From Eledone cirrhosa (Eukaryota): 64,000 nucleotides of DNA. The stretch spans positions 62,001 to 126,000 of the forward strand of contig CAXHJY010001342.1 of NCBI GenBank assembly GCA_964016885.1, in the 5' to 3' direction. This document shows positions 12,401 to 25,822 of the stretch, piece after piece (positions within the stretch are counted from its first letter, which is position 1; every line of letters begins with the position of its first letter). The translations under genes were made by a program, and so were the position numbers. The notes beneath the pieces were generated by a model. The model ran no database searches and was not told the origin of the DNA. It saw only the letters and a program-made list of their open reading frames with translations.

Positions 12401-13865
12401 ATCATTGTTCAACTCATCTACCACTAAATTTAGGATGTCAACCGAATCTTGTCCTAGCCCGTCAGCATTCATCTCCTCAGTGGCCGTATCTCTGTTCCAG
12501 GTATTATTTATCTCAGTATTCAGATCATTGTCTCCTTCGGGTGGTTCCTCCGTTCTCAGGACCTCCTCACCTTCATTTCCCGCCGGCTCGCTTGTCTGGC
12601 ATACTACACCCGCCATCTCCAAGCCATTCTCTCTGCTCAGTTCCTCCAGTTCCAGCTCGCTTATCCACCCATTAGTTCTTATTACCCGAGCCTGCCCGGC
12701 CAATTTTTGTTCATCTAATTTAAATAAACCAATCTCGTTCCAGATGTTATGCATCCGTCTCCTGTAGCCCCTCTCCTTGGGGTTACTTTTCAGGTAGCAT
12801 TGCATAACAGTTCTATTCAATTCTTTCGTCCAGTTGGTTCTGGCCCCTTTCCTTCTTCTTCTTCCTCCAACATCAGCAGTATTTGGTTGACAGTCAGGTT
12901 CCTGCTGCTGAGCCAGGGGGCACCTGTTGGGTGAGAGTCTGTCACATGACGTTCTAGTCTCCATTTCACCGTTATTCGAACTGTTTATGTTCGATATTTA
13001 AACACTCTTATCGAGGATTGGCGAATGTATGTTTACATAGCCATCTGTGGATCCGCCATCCCACTTGGCCCTTGTGTGGCATTATCACCACGCTGTATAC
13101 GGACACACATAAACAAACAAACACACGGGCAGAAAGGGCCCCAAAAATGAATAAGCATAAGTTTCATTGTAATGTAGTATTCGAATGTCTGACTTAGTTT
13201 TTGTTTTTTAAGTTTTACTTTTTCCCCCCTCTTCTCTGTCCGTCCGCCTGCTTCTCTCTTCATTCTTATTTTCTTTACGTTTTTGGGGTGTCTTTTTTTG
13301 TTTTTGTTTTTCTCTGTTTGTTTTTCTCGTTTTTTGCTGTTGTTGCTGTGCTGCTTTTGTTGTTTGTTTTTTCTTTTTTCTTTTTTCTTTTGAGTCTAAA
13401 AAAAATAAAATGGCTATAAATGGAAGAAGAAGAACCCCCCCCCCCTCCTCTCCTCTGGCTACACTATATAGGACAGCGAAACTCACCAACACCAGAAACT
13501 AGATACACCACCCACCCCATCATCTGTGTACACTAAACACAACAGCATTTTCACCTTCACCGCCACCGCTCACTACGGCCATCATTACCACCACTATCCC
13601 ATCACCGCCGCCACCACCCCTTGACTCCTTCACTGCTGCTGCCACCGCTACAGCACCATCACTACAGTAATACGGTCGCATCACCGCCACCACTGCCTCG
13701 GTATCGACATCACCACCACCACTGTCTCAGTATCGCCAACGCCGCCAGCCTCGGTATCGACATCACCACCACCACTGTCTCAGTATCGCCAACGCCGCCA
13801 GTCTCTGTTGGCTGCCACTTCCACATTATAGAATTCCTACTACTAACAAAGAGGAAGGCATCAAA
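9486..13865 (-). mobile_element. R4/Dong-type non-LTR retrotransposon, apparently full length (5' boundary uncertain)
   Basis: Single RT-RLE ORF, short 3' UTR running into (TAA)n; the next (TAA)n tract is at 13866; TAA targeting is established for Dong elements of the R4 clade. Confidence 0.85.
9572..12964 (-). CDS. RT plus restriction-like endonuclease polyprotein, 1130 aa, intact
   Basis: WKSPGPDG, YRPITCL, WIDYRKAFDMVPH, IFQGDSLSP, FMDDLKL, CRICG..ETVAHIVSEC, RHD, RPDLVV..IVDVACP..EKINRY. Confidence 0.95.
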   Translation of the reverse strand: METRTSCDRLSPNRCPLAQQQEPDCQPNTADVGGRRRRKGARTNWTKELNRTVMQCYLKSNPKERGYRRRMHNIWNEIGLFKLDEQKLAGQARVIRTNGWISELELEELSRENGLEMAGVVCQTSEPAGNEGEEVLRTEEPPEGDNDLNTEINNTWNRDTATEEMNADGLGQDSVDILNLVVDELNNDSGRPMNLRFVDRKKLKETTAKVNKVIPYLEARSLHQCNNILKATANTVRKLLGIKARGNNRQERAEPWWKKRLSGQIEEMRNDIGKLESLLNGTLKNIGTKNRLEIKYKTRSKKLNIIIEELKQRIVAKSAKIRRYENRVSQYKQNRMFDNNQKMLFGQLEGKERGNDLIPGAEQAKTFWRGIWEQDVRHNAQAGWFETVEREIGEQAQQQTDLSITVETLKGQAKKLTNWKSPGPDGVQGYWIKHLTSLHPKLTAMFNDCLVSGEVPEWLTKGTTVLIMKDRIKGNDVTNYRPITCLPVMWKLLTSIVSEEIYHHLHTNNLLPDEQKGCRKKSRGTKDQLLIDKMVMGNCRRRHTDLAMGWIDYRKAFDMVPHSWITKSLEIFRVADNNRQLLGRSMGSWETELTSTGVSLGSVKIKRGIFQGDSLSPLLFVLALMPLTIMLRKVRAGYKLGRGELTINHLLFMDDLKLFGKSEKELDVLVDTVRIFSSDICMQFGIGKCGVIVMRRGRLSRSNGIQIPTGEMIKEIDSEEGYKYLGVLEADGIKNKKMKELLRTEYIRRVRSVLKSHLNSRNAISAVNSRAVSIIRYSAGILRWNVAEQKEMDRKTRKLLTIYNMFHKRSDVDRLYLRRSEGGRGLISIEDCVQMEKNNLYKYVTYSKEPMLRAVLKEGTVGQGISKEEITSRRKSSLKGKSLHSTFFEKTEFRDPQTWNWLRRGDLKKATEGMLMAAQEQALKTKWLKHHIYKEEASPLCRICGEREETVAHIVSECKHLAQTHYKAWRHDVMGRVIHWHVCKVNNLPHSEKWYEHRPEAVMENSQVKVLWDFRIQTDKKLEHNRPDLVVVDKEKRSCLIVDVACPFDTRVQEKEREKINRYQDLKWEVKRIWNCHEVKVIPIVIGALGTISKGFQGWLKKIGPFTLFGTLQKACLLGTARTLRYVLNI

Positions 13866-13880
13866 ATTATTATTATTATT

Positions 13881-16800
13881 ATTGTTATTGTTATTCCTTG
13901 AATCTCAGTCATTGATGTTGGTTAACTGGAAAGTCCGTTGGATTGAATATCAAGCCACTACCTGCAGCCTCAGATATTCAGGACGTATCGGAGGGTTCTT
14001 GCCGTTCCAAGCAAGCATGCCTTTTGAAGCGTTCCAAAAAGCGTGAAGGGGCCGATTTTCTTTAACCATCCCTGGAAACCTTTGGAGATAGTCCCCAGTG
14101 CGCCTATGACAATCGGGATCACTTTGACTTCATGGCAGTTCCAAATCCTTTTCACCTCCCACTTTAGGTCCTGGTATCGGTTAATTTTCTCCCTCTCCTT
14201 CTCTTGCACTCTCGTGTCGAACGGGCAGGCCACATCCACAATCAGGCACGATCTTTTTTCTTTGTCCACAACCACCAGGTCAGGTCTATTGTGTTCCAGT
14301 TTTTTGTCCGTCTGTATCCTAAAATCCCACAGCACCTTCACCTGATTGTTCTCCATCACCGCCTCTGGCCTATGCTCATACCATTTCTCAGAATGTGGTA
14401 GATTGTTTACTTTGCACAGGTGCCAGTGGATCACCCTGCCCATCACATCGTGTCTCCAGCCCTTATAGTGGGTCTGGGCTAGGTGTTTACACTCGGACAC
14501 AATGTGAGCCACAGTCTCCTCTCTCTCTCCACAGATCCTGCACAGTGGGCTAGCCTCCTCCTTGTAGATATGGTGCTTCAACCACTTCGTTTTGAGGGCC
14601 TGCTCCTGCGCAGCCATTAGCATTCCTTCTGTAGCCTTTTTGAGGTCTCCTCTTCTCAACCAGTTCCATGTCTGTGGATCTCTAAATTCAGTTTTCTCAA
14701 AGAAGGTACTATGAAGGGATTTTCCCTTAAGGCTGCTCTTCCTCCTTGATGTTATTTCCTCCTTGGGTATCCCCTGGCCTACTGTCCCCTCCTTCAGTAC
14801 AGCTCTGAGCATTGGCTCCTTACTATAGGTCACGTATTTGTATAGGTTGTTTTTCTCCATCTGAACACAGTCCTCTATGCTGATAAGACCTCTTCCACCC
14901 TCAGATCTCCTTAGGTAGAGTCTATCGACATCACTCCTCTTGTGGAACATGTTGTAGATAGTCAATAGCTTCCTAGTCTTCCTATCCATTTCTTTTTGTT
15001 CAGCAACATTCCATCTCAGAATTCCCGCACTGTACCTAATAATAGACACAGCTCGGGAATTTACTGCGCTTATGGCATTTCTGCTGTTCAGATGTGACTT
15101 CAATACGCTCCTTACTCTCCGAATGTATTCAGTTCTTAACAATTCCTTCATTTTTTTGTTCTTTATGCCATCAGCCTCCAGAACGCCCAAATACTTGTAT
15201 CCTTCCTCAGAGTCAATTTCCTTTATCATCTCACCTGTTGGTATCTGGATCCCGTTACTTCTGCTCAACCTACCCCTCCTCATCACAATGACTCCACATT
15301 TACCAATACCAAACTGCATACATATATCACTGCTGAAAATACGGACAGTGTCAACAAGCACATCCAACTCCTTCTCACTTTTCCCGAAGAGCTTAAGATC
15401 GTCCATGAAGAGGAGGTGATTGATGGTAAGCTCTCCCCTTCCCAACTTGTATCCTGCTCTCACTTTTCGCAGCATAATGGTCAAGGGCATCAGGGCAAGG
15501 ACAAACAACAGAGGGGACAGGCTATCTCCCTGGAAGATACCTCTCTTGATCTTCACGCTTCCCAAGGATACTCCAGTTGATGTCAACTCTGTCTCCCAGG
15601 ACCCCATACTCCTGCCCAGCAACTGTCTGATGTTATCTGCCACCCTGAAGATCTCCAGGCTTTTGGTGATCCAGGAATGAGGCACCATGTCAAATGCCTT
15701 TCTGTAGTCTATCCATCCCATGGCAAGATCAGTGTGTCTCCTCCTGCAATTCCCCATTACCATCTTATCAATAAGCAACTGGTCCTTTGTACCACGTGAC
15801 TTCTTTCGGCATCCTTTCTGTTCGTCCGGCAACAAGTTGTTTGTGTGGAGGTGATGGTAGATTTCCTCAGACACAATGCTCGTCAACAGTTTCCACATTA
15901 CGGGCAGACATGTGATAGGTCTATAGTTGGTAACATCATTACCCTTGATTTGGTCTTTCATTATCAGAACTGTGGTACCTTTTGTCAACCACTCTGGCAC
16001 CTCACCCGACACCAAGCAGTCATTGAACATGGCCGTCAGCTTCGGGTGGAGGGATGTTAAATGTTTAATCCAATACCCCTGCACACCATCTGGGCCTGGT
16101 GATTTCCAGTTGGTTAGTTTTTTGGCTTGCCCCTTAAGAGTTTCAACTGTGATACTCAAATCAGTCTGTTGCTGTGCCTGCTCACCGATCTCCCTCTGTA
16201 CTGTCTCAATCCACCCTGCCTGGGCATTGTGTCTAACATCCTGCTCCCATATTCCTCTCCAGAATGTTTTAGCTTGTTCCGCCCCAGGGATCAAGTCGGT
16301 GCCTCTTTCTTTCCCCTCAAGCTGTCCAAACAGCATCTTCTGGTTGTTGTCGAACATGCGGTTCTGTTTATACTGACTGACTCTGTTCTCGTATCGCCTG
16401 ATTTTGGCACTCTTTGCTACAATGCGTTGCTTCAATTCCTCTATGATAATATTTAGCTTTTTACTCCTAGTTTTGTATTTTATTTCCAGTCTATTTTTAG
16501 TGCCTATGTTTTTTAGTGTCCCATTCAGTAGTGACTCAAGCTTTCCTATGTCATTTCTCATTTCCCCGATTTGCCCACTCAGTCGCTTCTTCCACCACGG
16601 CTCTGCTCTTTCTTGTCTGTTGTTTCCTCTCGCTTTTATACCAAGTAGTTTCCTCACCGTATTTGCTGTTGCTTTGAGGATATTGTTGCACTGGTGAAGA
16701 CTCCTCGCCTCAAGGTATGGGATGACTTTGTTTACCTTAGCTGTTGTTTCTTTTAACTTTTTCCTGTCTACAAATCTTAGGTTCATAGGTCTCCCACTAT

Positions 16801-17063
16801 CATTGTTCAACTCATCTACCACTAAATTTAGGATGTCAACCGAATCTTGTCCTAGCCCGTCAGCATTCATCTCCTCAGTGGCCGTATCTCTGTTCCAGGT
16901 ATTATTTATCTCAGTATTCAGATCATTGTCTGCTTCGGGTGGTTCCTCCGCTCTCAGGACCTCCTCACCTTCATTTCCCGCCGGCTCGCTTGTCTGGCAT
17001 ACTACACCCGCCATCTCCAAGCCATTCTCTCTGCTCAGTTCCTCCAGTTCCAGCTCGCTTATC

Positions 17064-17064
<1 letters not shown>
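13881..17064 (-). mobile_element. R4/Dong-type retrotransposon, 5'-truncated copy
   Basis: Near-identical to 9486-12666; ORF 13970-17064 open but lacks about 100 N-terminal codons; (TAA)n at both ends. Confidence 0.93.
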
Positions 17065-17139
<75 letters not shown>

Positions 17140-17158
17140 TATCATCATTATTACTATT
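17065..17158. repeat. (ATT)n microsatellite at head-to-head Dong/Tx1 junction
   Basis: ATT run read directly. Confidence 0.97.
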
Positions 17159-18041
17159 GGCGTTCTATAGAGGATTAGTGGAGGGGAAGAGCGACGACGT
17201 ACTTGGGGAAACTCTAGGCGTCGACGAAAATCAACTAGCCAATCTCTTCGGAAGAACTTTCGGGCCGGGGCCTATGGACAATTTCCAGAAATCGCTGGCC
17301 TGGCAGTGCTACCGAGGAGCTTTGCCAGTTCGGGATAAACTCTACAGGCACGGAAGTGCCATCCACCGGGCATGTCCGAGATGCGCGCAGGGCGACGAAA
17401 CTGTCCTGCATGCACTCGTCCAGTGTCCGAGCATTGCTGACTTGTGGGTTTATGTCGAACACCTGCTGTCGCGTGTAGAATGGATCCGGCTATCAGCTGA
17501 GTCCATCGTGAGGATTTTCCGCCCTCTTCCTTTAGCCGGAAAGGGCAGGCAGTTTTTATCTGTCTGGTGGCCATGGCGAAATAGATAGTATGGTGGACGC
17601 GTCTGAAAGGGCTGAAGACGAGCACTTATCTCTTCGGTGATGCCCTGATTAACTTTTTCAAATTTCATTTGAAAAGCAAAATCAGGGTAGAGAGGGAAGT
17701 GCTCTCTTCCCAGTATTTTGTTGAAAGATGGGTGAGAGAGGCAAGAATGGCCCGAGTGAATGGGCCTACTCTGAGTATGTGTCTGTAAATTGAAGGCGGA
17801 AAACTGGCAGAGGGCACTTGCCCTGGTGGTCAGGGTCACCGTGGCTTTTTAATGGGCTTTCTCCACGATGGCCCTCGGAAGTCTCCTCCCTATTGGGGAA
17901 TTTTTCATTGTTCTTTTTTGTTACATCCTCTGTTTTTTGTTTTTTTTTACACGCAGAAATGCCCATTTTTACCGTCCTGTATTGTCCTGTACTGTCCTTA
18001 ATGTCTACTTTATGTAAACCCTTGTGGTTAATAAAGAAAGC
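17159..18041 (+). mobile_element. Tx1 element, 5'-truncated and more diverged copy 3
   Basis: Homologous to 1725-2618 with more substitutions and a frameshift near 17520; followed by (ATT)n 18042-18149. Confidence 0.92.
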
Positions 18042-18057
18042 ATTATTGTTGCTGTTA

Positions 18058-18136
<79 letters not shown>

Positions 18137-18499
18137 CATCATCATCATTTAGTTGTATTACTTGTATTCGTTTACTTATTTTTTATTGATTATTTTTGTT
18201 ATTTAGAATTTCATGTTTTTGCTTCATTACAATTTTTCTGTCTCGAGAAAAAAAAAAAAAAAAAAATTAATGCTGATAAATTGTTTACTTCTATTTTTTA
18301 AAATTCTTTGTTTACTTTCATCACCATCATAATCATTGCCATTGTAATTATCACTATGGCTAACATCTCTGCAACCACCGTGTCTTACCCCCCCCTCCTC
18401 ATAGTCACCAGTATCATAATCAGCATCAATATAAGTTTCATCAACATCAATATTATTCTTATCATCCAACATCTACTTCACTTTCGGATGACGATAATG

Positions 18500-18546
18500 A
18501 ACATCATCATTATCCCTCCTCCTCTTCCTCCTCCTCCTCCTCCCCC

Positions 18547-18577
<31 letters not shown>

Positions 18578-18786
18578 CCATCATCATCATCATAATCATC
18601 ATCAGCAGCGGCATCATCACTAATAACCACCACTTAATTTGTCCCTCCTCCTCCCCTCCTCCTCCCCTCCTCCTCCCCGCCTCCTCCTCCTCCCTTCATC
18701 ATCATCATCATCATCATCACCACCATCATCATCATAACCATCATCAGCAGCAGCGGCATCATCACCAATAACCACCACTTAATTTG
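18500..18786. repeat. Two direct copies of a ~140-bp CCT/CAT low-complexity unit
   Basis: Both end CAGCAGCGGCATCATCAC.AATAACCACCACTTAATTTGT. Confidence 0.75.
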
Positions 18787-19224
18787 TATGCCATACCAAC
18801 CTGAAACTTGTTGACCAATCTAAATAAATACAAAATAAAATCTAGCACCTACTCACATATAAACAGAGATATACAAATAAAAATATATACTCATATAGTG
18901 ACACAAACAAAACTAGAAATACACATATAGACGTACACCCTCACGGTCACCATTAGTAGACAAACGTTATTTGAAGGAAGGAGACGGAGTTAAAAGATTT
19001 AAATTCTTGTGAGCTTTGTATTTGATCTTCATAGAAGCCGAATGGGGAGTCTCTTTTCATTTGGTTGTTGATCATGTTATTAAAGTTGTGGTACAAATAC
19101 ATACTTCGTGATCGATCGTGGTTTCAAATTCTCTCGAGGTCACATCAAGCAGTGTTAGAGAAGAACCATATGTTATATACGTTTATTGTTGTTTTTCTAT
19201 TTCACTTTTATTATTGTTTTCGAT

Positions 19225-19343
19225 CTGAGTTCAAATCCCGCCGAGGTTGACTTTGCCTTTCATCCTTACGGGGTCGATAAAATAAAGTACCAGTAATGCA
19301 CTGGGTAATTACTGGCCTTGTGCCTAAAGTAGAAACAATTATT
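19225..19343 (+). mobile_element. tRNA-derived SINE (MetaSINE-like central domain), partial
   Basis: B box GAGTTCAAATCCC, then GCCTTTCATCCTTACGGGGTCGATAAAATAAAGTACCAG and GGCCTTGTGCC..AGAAACAATTATT tail. Confidence 0.85.
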
Positions 19344-19632
19344 GTTTCTACGGTAGATAATCTTGTTGCGTGTAATTTTATTTATATCAAGATGATGTTG
19401 ATGATGGTGTCATTACTATAATCACTACAAGCGTCATCACTATAGCATTATTTAGTTATGTTGCTTCGCAGCCCTACTATGTATTCTAGAAGGTGCTGGT
19501 TTACCATTTCATCTTTCTGAGACAAATAAAATTAATGCCCACCAGTCTCTACTTCAATCACCTTTACATAACCACTCACATCCAGTCTTGTACCAGCATG
19601 AAAAACGATTTATATTATCGGTATTAACAGTG

Positions 19633-19633
<1 letters not shown>

Positions 19634-19719
<86 letters not shown>

Positions 19720-19724
19720 CACCA

Positions 19725-19795
<71 letters not shown>
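19634..19795. repeat. (CTA)n/(CCA)n microsatellite
   Basis: Read directly. Confidence 0.97.
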
Positions 19796-19796
<1 letters not shown>

Positions 19797-20134
19797 AATT
19801 CATCCATTTCTTTGTGGTGACATGATAAAATGTTTACATTTCACACCATCAAGGATTAACTGGTCCAGTTCTTCAGAGGATAGTTCTGTATCTTTCTCAA
19901 TGACTATCTTTAATGCTTTAATGTCTTGAGAAGTCTTCCACGTTTGTATTTCACATTTATGGTCTCCTATAGTAAAACTCGGTTGAATCTGAATTGATAA
20001 AGTAAATCCGTTTTGCCACATCGTTGGGTTTCATTCATTTGGGTTTAATCACGTCTAATTAAACATAGCTTTATAAGAATTCTCATTATCATCATATTCA
20101 TTACTTTCACATTGTTTTCCTAATAATTTTGAGG

Positions 20135-20272
20135 TAGTGTACTTTAATTTATCGACCCTGTAGGATGAAAGGCAAAGATGACCTCGGTGGGATTTGAACT
20201 CTGAACGTAAAGAGCCGTAACGAAATGCCACAAAGCATTTTGTCTGACGCTCTAGCAATTTCGTCAATTCAA
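20135..20272 (-). mobile_element. tRNA-derived SINE, diverged
   Basis: Reverse complement of the SINE core and B box (TTTATCGACCC..GGATGAAAGGCAAAG..GGGATTTGAACTC). Confidence 0.8.
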
Positions 20273-21279
20273 CGCCCCCAAAAGAAGAAGAAATATTGAA
20301 ACAAACACACGGAGGCAAACGATAATAGTTACGTAAATACATACTTCCATATAGCATAAATGGATATGTGCAGGCACTCTAACACTCACGACTTGCTAGA
20401 AATAACAGCCAGATTCCATCAAGACGAAAAGGAGAAAAACGACATATTAATCAATATCACACGAATAATGTTCTAGATGTTTGCTTATTAAAATGTTTCC
20501 ACATGATTTATGAAAATTCTTCTTCTGTTGCCAACTTAATTATTTCATGAGTTAAAATTATTTACGAAGAATATAGCTAATGACATTGATTCATCTATAT
20601 AAATTATAAAATTATTTGAAAAGCATTTAAATTGTAATTTGTGTGTAATTTTTTTACTGCAATGTACCACAAGATACCAAAGTTATGTTATACACACCGT
20701 AAGAACATTTAGACAATTTCATAACACGCTGTTCATGATGTCTATAACATATATACATTTACACAGGTATTGTTTCAGTTCCCATATGAACATATTCTGG
20801 ATTCTTAGTGAATAAGTTTACAGTTAAGCTGCCATTATCTACAAAACTTTGACTACATTTCTTTATATATTTTCAACTAGAAGCAGTGCTAGGGCAATAC
20901 GTTATTGAGGGATGAATATTTACATTTGATAACCCGAGGACTTGCGAGAACCACTAGTGTCACGAAATGAACCCACTAAATAGTATATCAGAAGAGGTCA
21001 TAAATATAAAAGGGTTTGTCTCAATTGGCGACCTAGCCGGATCATTTGGCGGCAGTTGCCTTCCTGGAAGACGTGTCTGAGGGCTCTGTCTCTCTCTCAG
21101 GAATAAGTAGGTAAACAAGGATAATATTAATGAGAATAATAATAATAACAAGAAGAAGAAGGAGGAGAGGAGGAAAGAAAAACAACAACAAGTAACCACT
21201 GATTTTAGCTCTTTGTCTCGCATTCCTATATACATATAAATATATGTTCTGTTGTATTTCAGATCTTAAAATGGTGTAC

Positions 21280-22400
<1,121 letters not shown>

Positions 22401-22401
<1 letters not shown>

Positions 22402-22515
22402 GATGAGATTCTAGAACTGTTTCATTCATTAGAAATCATCAGGAATCTTTTATACTCTGCTATGTATTGAGTACCTTACTTACTGTGGTTACCTCCGACT
22501 CAACCCGGAATAACG
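22401..22515. mobile_element. Family B hammerhead mini-element, rearranged (inverted ribozyme arm joined to tail)
   Basis: Shares both segments with 27528-27624, 55494-55689 and 63492-63692; (TA)n on both sides. Confidence 0.85.
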
Positions 22516-22572
22516 TATATATATATATATATGTATATATATGTATGTATATATATATATATATATCTATTA

Positions 22573-22622
<50 letters not shown>

Positions 22623-23262
22623 CATATATATACATATATATATATATATGTATAGTATATATATATATATTTATATATATGCATATATATATGTGTGTAT
22701 AATATATAGATATGTATATATATATATATATATAGTATATATATAGTATATATATAGTATATATATATGTATATATATATATATATGTATGTATGTCTCT
22801 CTCTCTCTGTAAATCAATTTTCCTTTTCTTCACTTAATCTTACTCTTTCTCTCTTTCTGTTGAAACACACGCACGCAGAAACACACACAACACACTCACA
22901 CACACGCACACACGCACACACTCACACACACGCACACCCACACACACACACAAACACACATGTATATGAATGAGTGTGTGTATCTTTCATTTTGATAAGA
23001 TATTATTACATGCCAGAAACTTTGTAAAGTAAAATTCATAGCGATACAATGAATTAATAATGTAGTATACCTTTCACAGAAAATTGCAGCAATATCTATA
23101 TACTGGTGAGATTTCCCCAAACAAAATGATTAGTTACAGATTATAGCATATGAGAGAAGTAAGTTCGCAGGACAGAGTAAGTACAAAGGGCATATATACA
23201 TACAGAGAAGGAGGGTATTTACAGACCGTTGATGAAGGGCTTGCAGATCCAGTACCCGGCGA

Positions 23263-24092
23263 TGGATTGGCAGTATCGGTATATGGTTGGACGCCATGCT
23301 TTGCATCATAGAGTTATGGCCCTTTATGATCTGAGTTTAAATCCCGTCGAGGTTAACTTTGCCTTTCATTCTTACGGGGTCGATAAAATAAAGTACCAGT
23401 CACGCACTGGGGTCAATTAAATCGACTTGCCCCTCCACCAAAATTATTGGCCTTGCGCCTGTATAAGAAACCAGGGTCGGACGCCATGCTTTCCAGCATA
23501 GTTACGTCCCTTTACGATCTGAGTTCAAGTCCCGCCGAGGTTGACTTTGCCTTTCATCCTTACGGGGTCGATAAAATAAAGTACCAGTAATGCACTGGGT
23601 ATTTGCTGGCCTTGTGCCTAAAGTAGAAACAATTATTATCATTGCAGGATGGATTGGCAGTATCGGTAGAGGGTCGGACACCATGATTTGACGCATAGAG
23701 TTACGGCCCTTGCCAGTCTGAATTCAAATCCTGCCTTTCATCCTTACGGGGTCGATAACATAAAGTACCAGTAATGCACTGGGATAATTGCTAGTCTTGT
23801 GCCAAAAGTAGAAACAATTATTATTATTATTATTGGAGCTACAGGATGTATACCAACCCTACTGGACCAAAATATGACTGAACTTGGATTTTCAGGGAAA
23901 GAACGCAGTCTTTTAATTCGTAATCTTCAAATGGCCCAGCTCTCTGGAACCTTGAAAGTCTTTAAAATATGTCTGAGTTCAAATCCCGCCGAGGTTAACT
24001 TTTCCTTTCATCCTTACGGGGTCGATAAAATAAAGTACCAGTAATGCACTGATTAAATTGCTGGCCTTGTGCCAATAGTGGAAACAATTATT
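23263..24092 (+). mobile_element. Four tRNA-SINE copies in tandem, with an RLE-LINE fragment at 23820-23972
   Basis: A box TGGCAGTATCGGTA, B box GAGTTCAAATCCC and core repeated from about 23263, 23475, 23650 and 23972. Confidence 0.88.
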
Positions 24093-24873
24093 ACGATTCA
24101 AAAGATTAACGATTGCAAAAGGGATGGCGAATATTTGTTTTCATTACAACATTGCCACCGGAAAGGTAGCCGGTAAAAATAAGCTAAAAATTATGAGAAA
24201 GAGACGTACATACTTATTGTCTGCATGCATATATAAGTGAATAGAATGTTTGGCAATATCTTTCCTAACAGAAATTCGCAAAACAATTTTATCCTAGAGT
24301 TTTTTGTATTTTGCTTGCTACATTTACAACCATCGCCCTTCTTTCTTGTTAACTTCCATCTAACGCCGTTCAAAGTCAAGAGAGCTCAACAAATGCAATT
24401 GAAAATATATCATAAATAAATTACTGAAATCAATTGAAACTTATATCTATCTTACTTCACTGAAATTCATAGCAATTACGATGACAATTTTTCCTAAAAA
24501 AGATCTTCGGCACCAGAAAATTCTTTTTCTAATATTTCGTATATAACATTTAAATTTACTGGGGCATATTAGATATATTTCTCAGTCATAATTAATAAAA
24601 ATTGTAATATATATAATTATTTTTATTGAATCTTTATTCGTTCAATTTTTGTTTTATATTACAAAGCCTCCCGTTTAATTAATTTGCTAAATTTTACGGT
24701 ACATAATATGCATCAATACTAGCAGCTTTTTAAAAGATGTAAATAATAACAACATTAATATTTATAAGCTTAAAAGTTTATAATATTGATAATGACGATA
24801 ACTTTTGCAGGCGTCCTTATAACACTAGAACAATTAATTTACTCTGATCAAAGGCAAATTTAATGTGTATTCA

Positions 24874-24904
<31 letters not shown>

Positions 24905-24916
24905 ACACATATATAT

Positions 24917-24992
<76 letters not shown>

Positions 24993-24999
24993 CGTAAAT

Positions 25000-25034
<35 letters not shown>

Positions 25035-25390
25035 AACATATATATATATATGTACATATAAATATTCATAAATTTTGAATTTTCTTGAATCTTAACTGAC
25101 TTTCCCTCTGTCTATTATTGACACCATTGAAAAATATGACACGCCAACTTTCAGATTCTAAACCCATTTACACAGAAATACACACACATACACACACCTA
25201 GGCGACAGATTCGTGTATGGAAATATATATATGAGAAGGTGTGTAGAATTATACGTATGAACAGAAGCAAACATATATATATATAACGTATATACACTAT
25301 GTTATACATATGTGCATGTAAAACCAATATATATGAAAAAATACATCACACATTGACACACACGTATATATATATAAGCACATATATATG

Positions 25391-25463
<73 letters not shown>

Positions 25464-25782
25464 TATATATATACTGTATATATATAGGCATATATATATG
25501 TATATATATAAGACCACTCTCACACACACACACACACAATATATATATGTATATATGTATATATATATATATGTATATATATATATAAATATATATATAT
25601 ATGTATATATATATATATGTATATATATATGTATTTATATATATATGTATATATATGTATGTATATATATATATATATAAATATACATATATATATATAT
25701 ATAAATATATATATATATGTATATATATAAGCACATATATATAAATATATATATATATGTATATATATAAGCACATATGTAT

Positions 25783-25822
<40 letters not shown>

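Noticed and set aside
13030-13145. HDV-like ribozyme in the Dong 5' region
   Set aside because: GGCCCTT/AAGGGCC pairs, but no P2/P3/P1.1 pseudoknot could be assembled
97-17839. Antisense and alternate-frame ORFs over the LINEs
   Set aside because: Shadow frames of the retrotransposon ORFs with no recognisable domains
19800-20021. Short ORF as possible host exon (also 26167-26352, 46716-46919, 53610-53837)
   Set aside because: No recognisable domain or consistent splice structure
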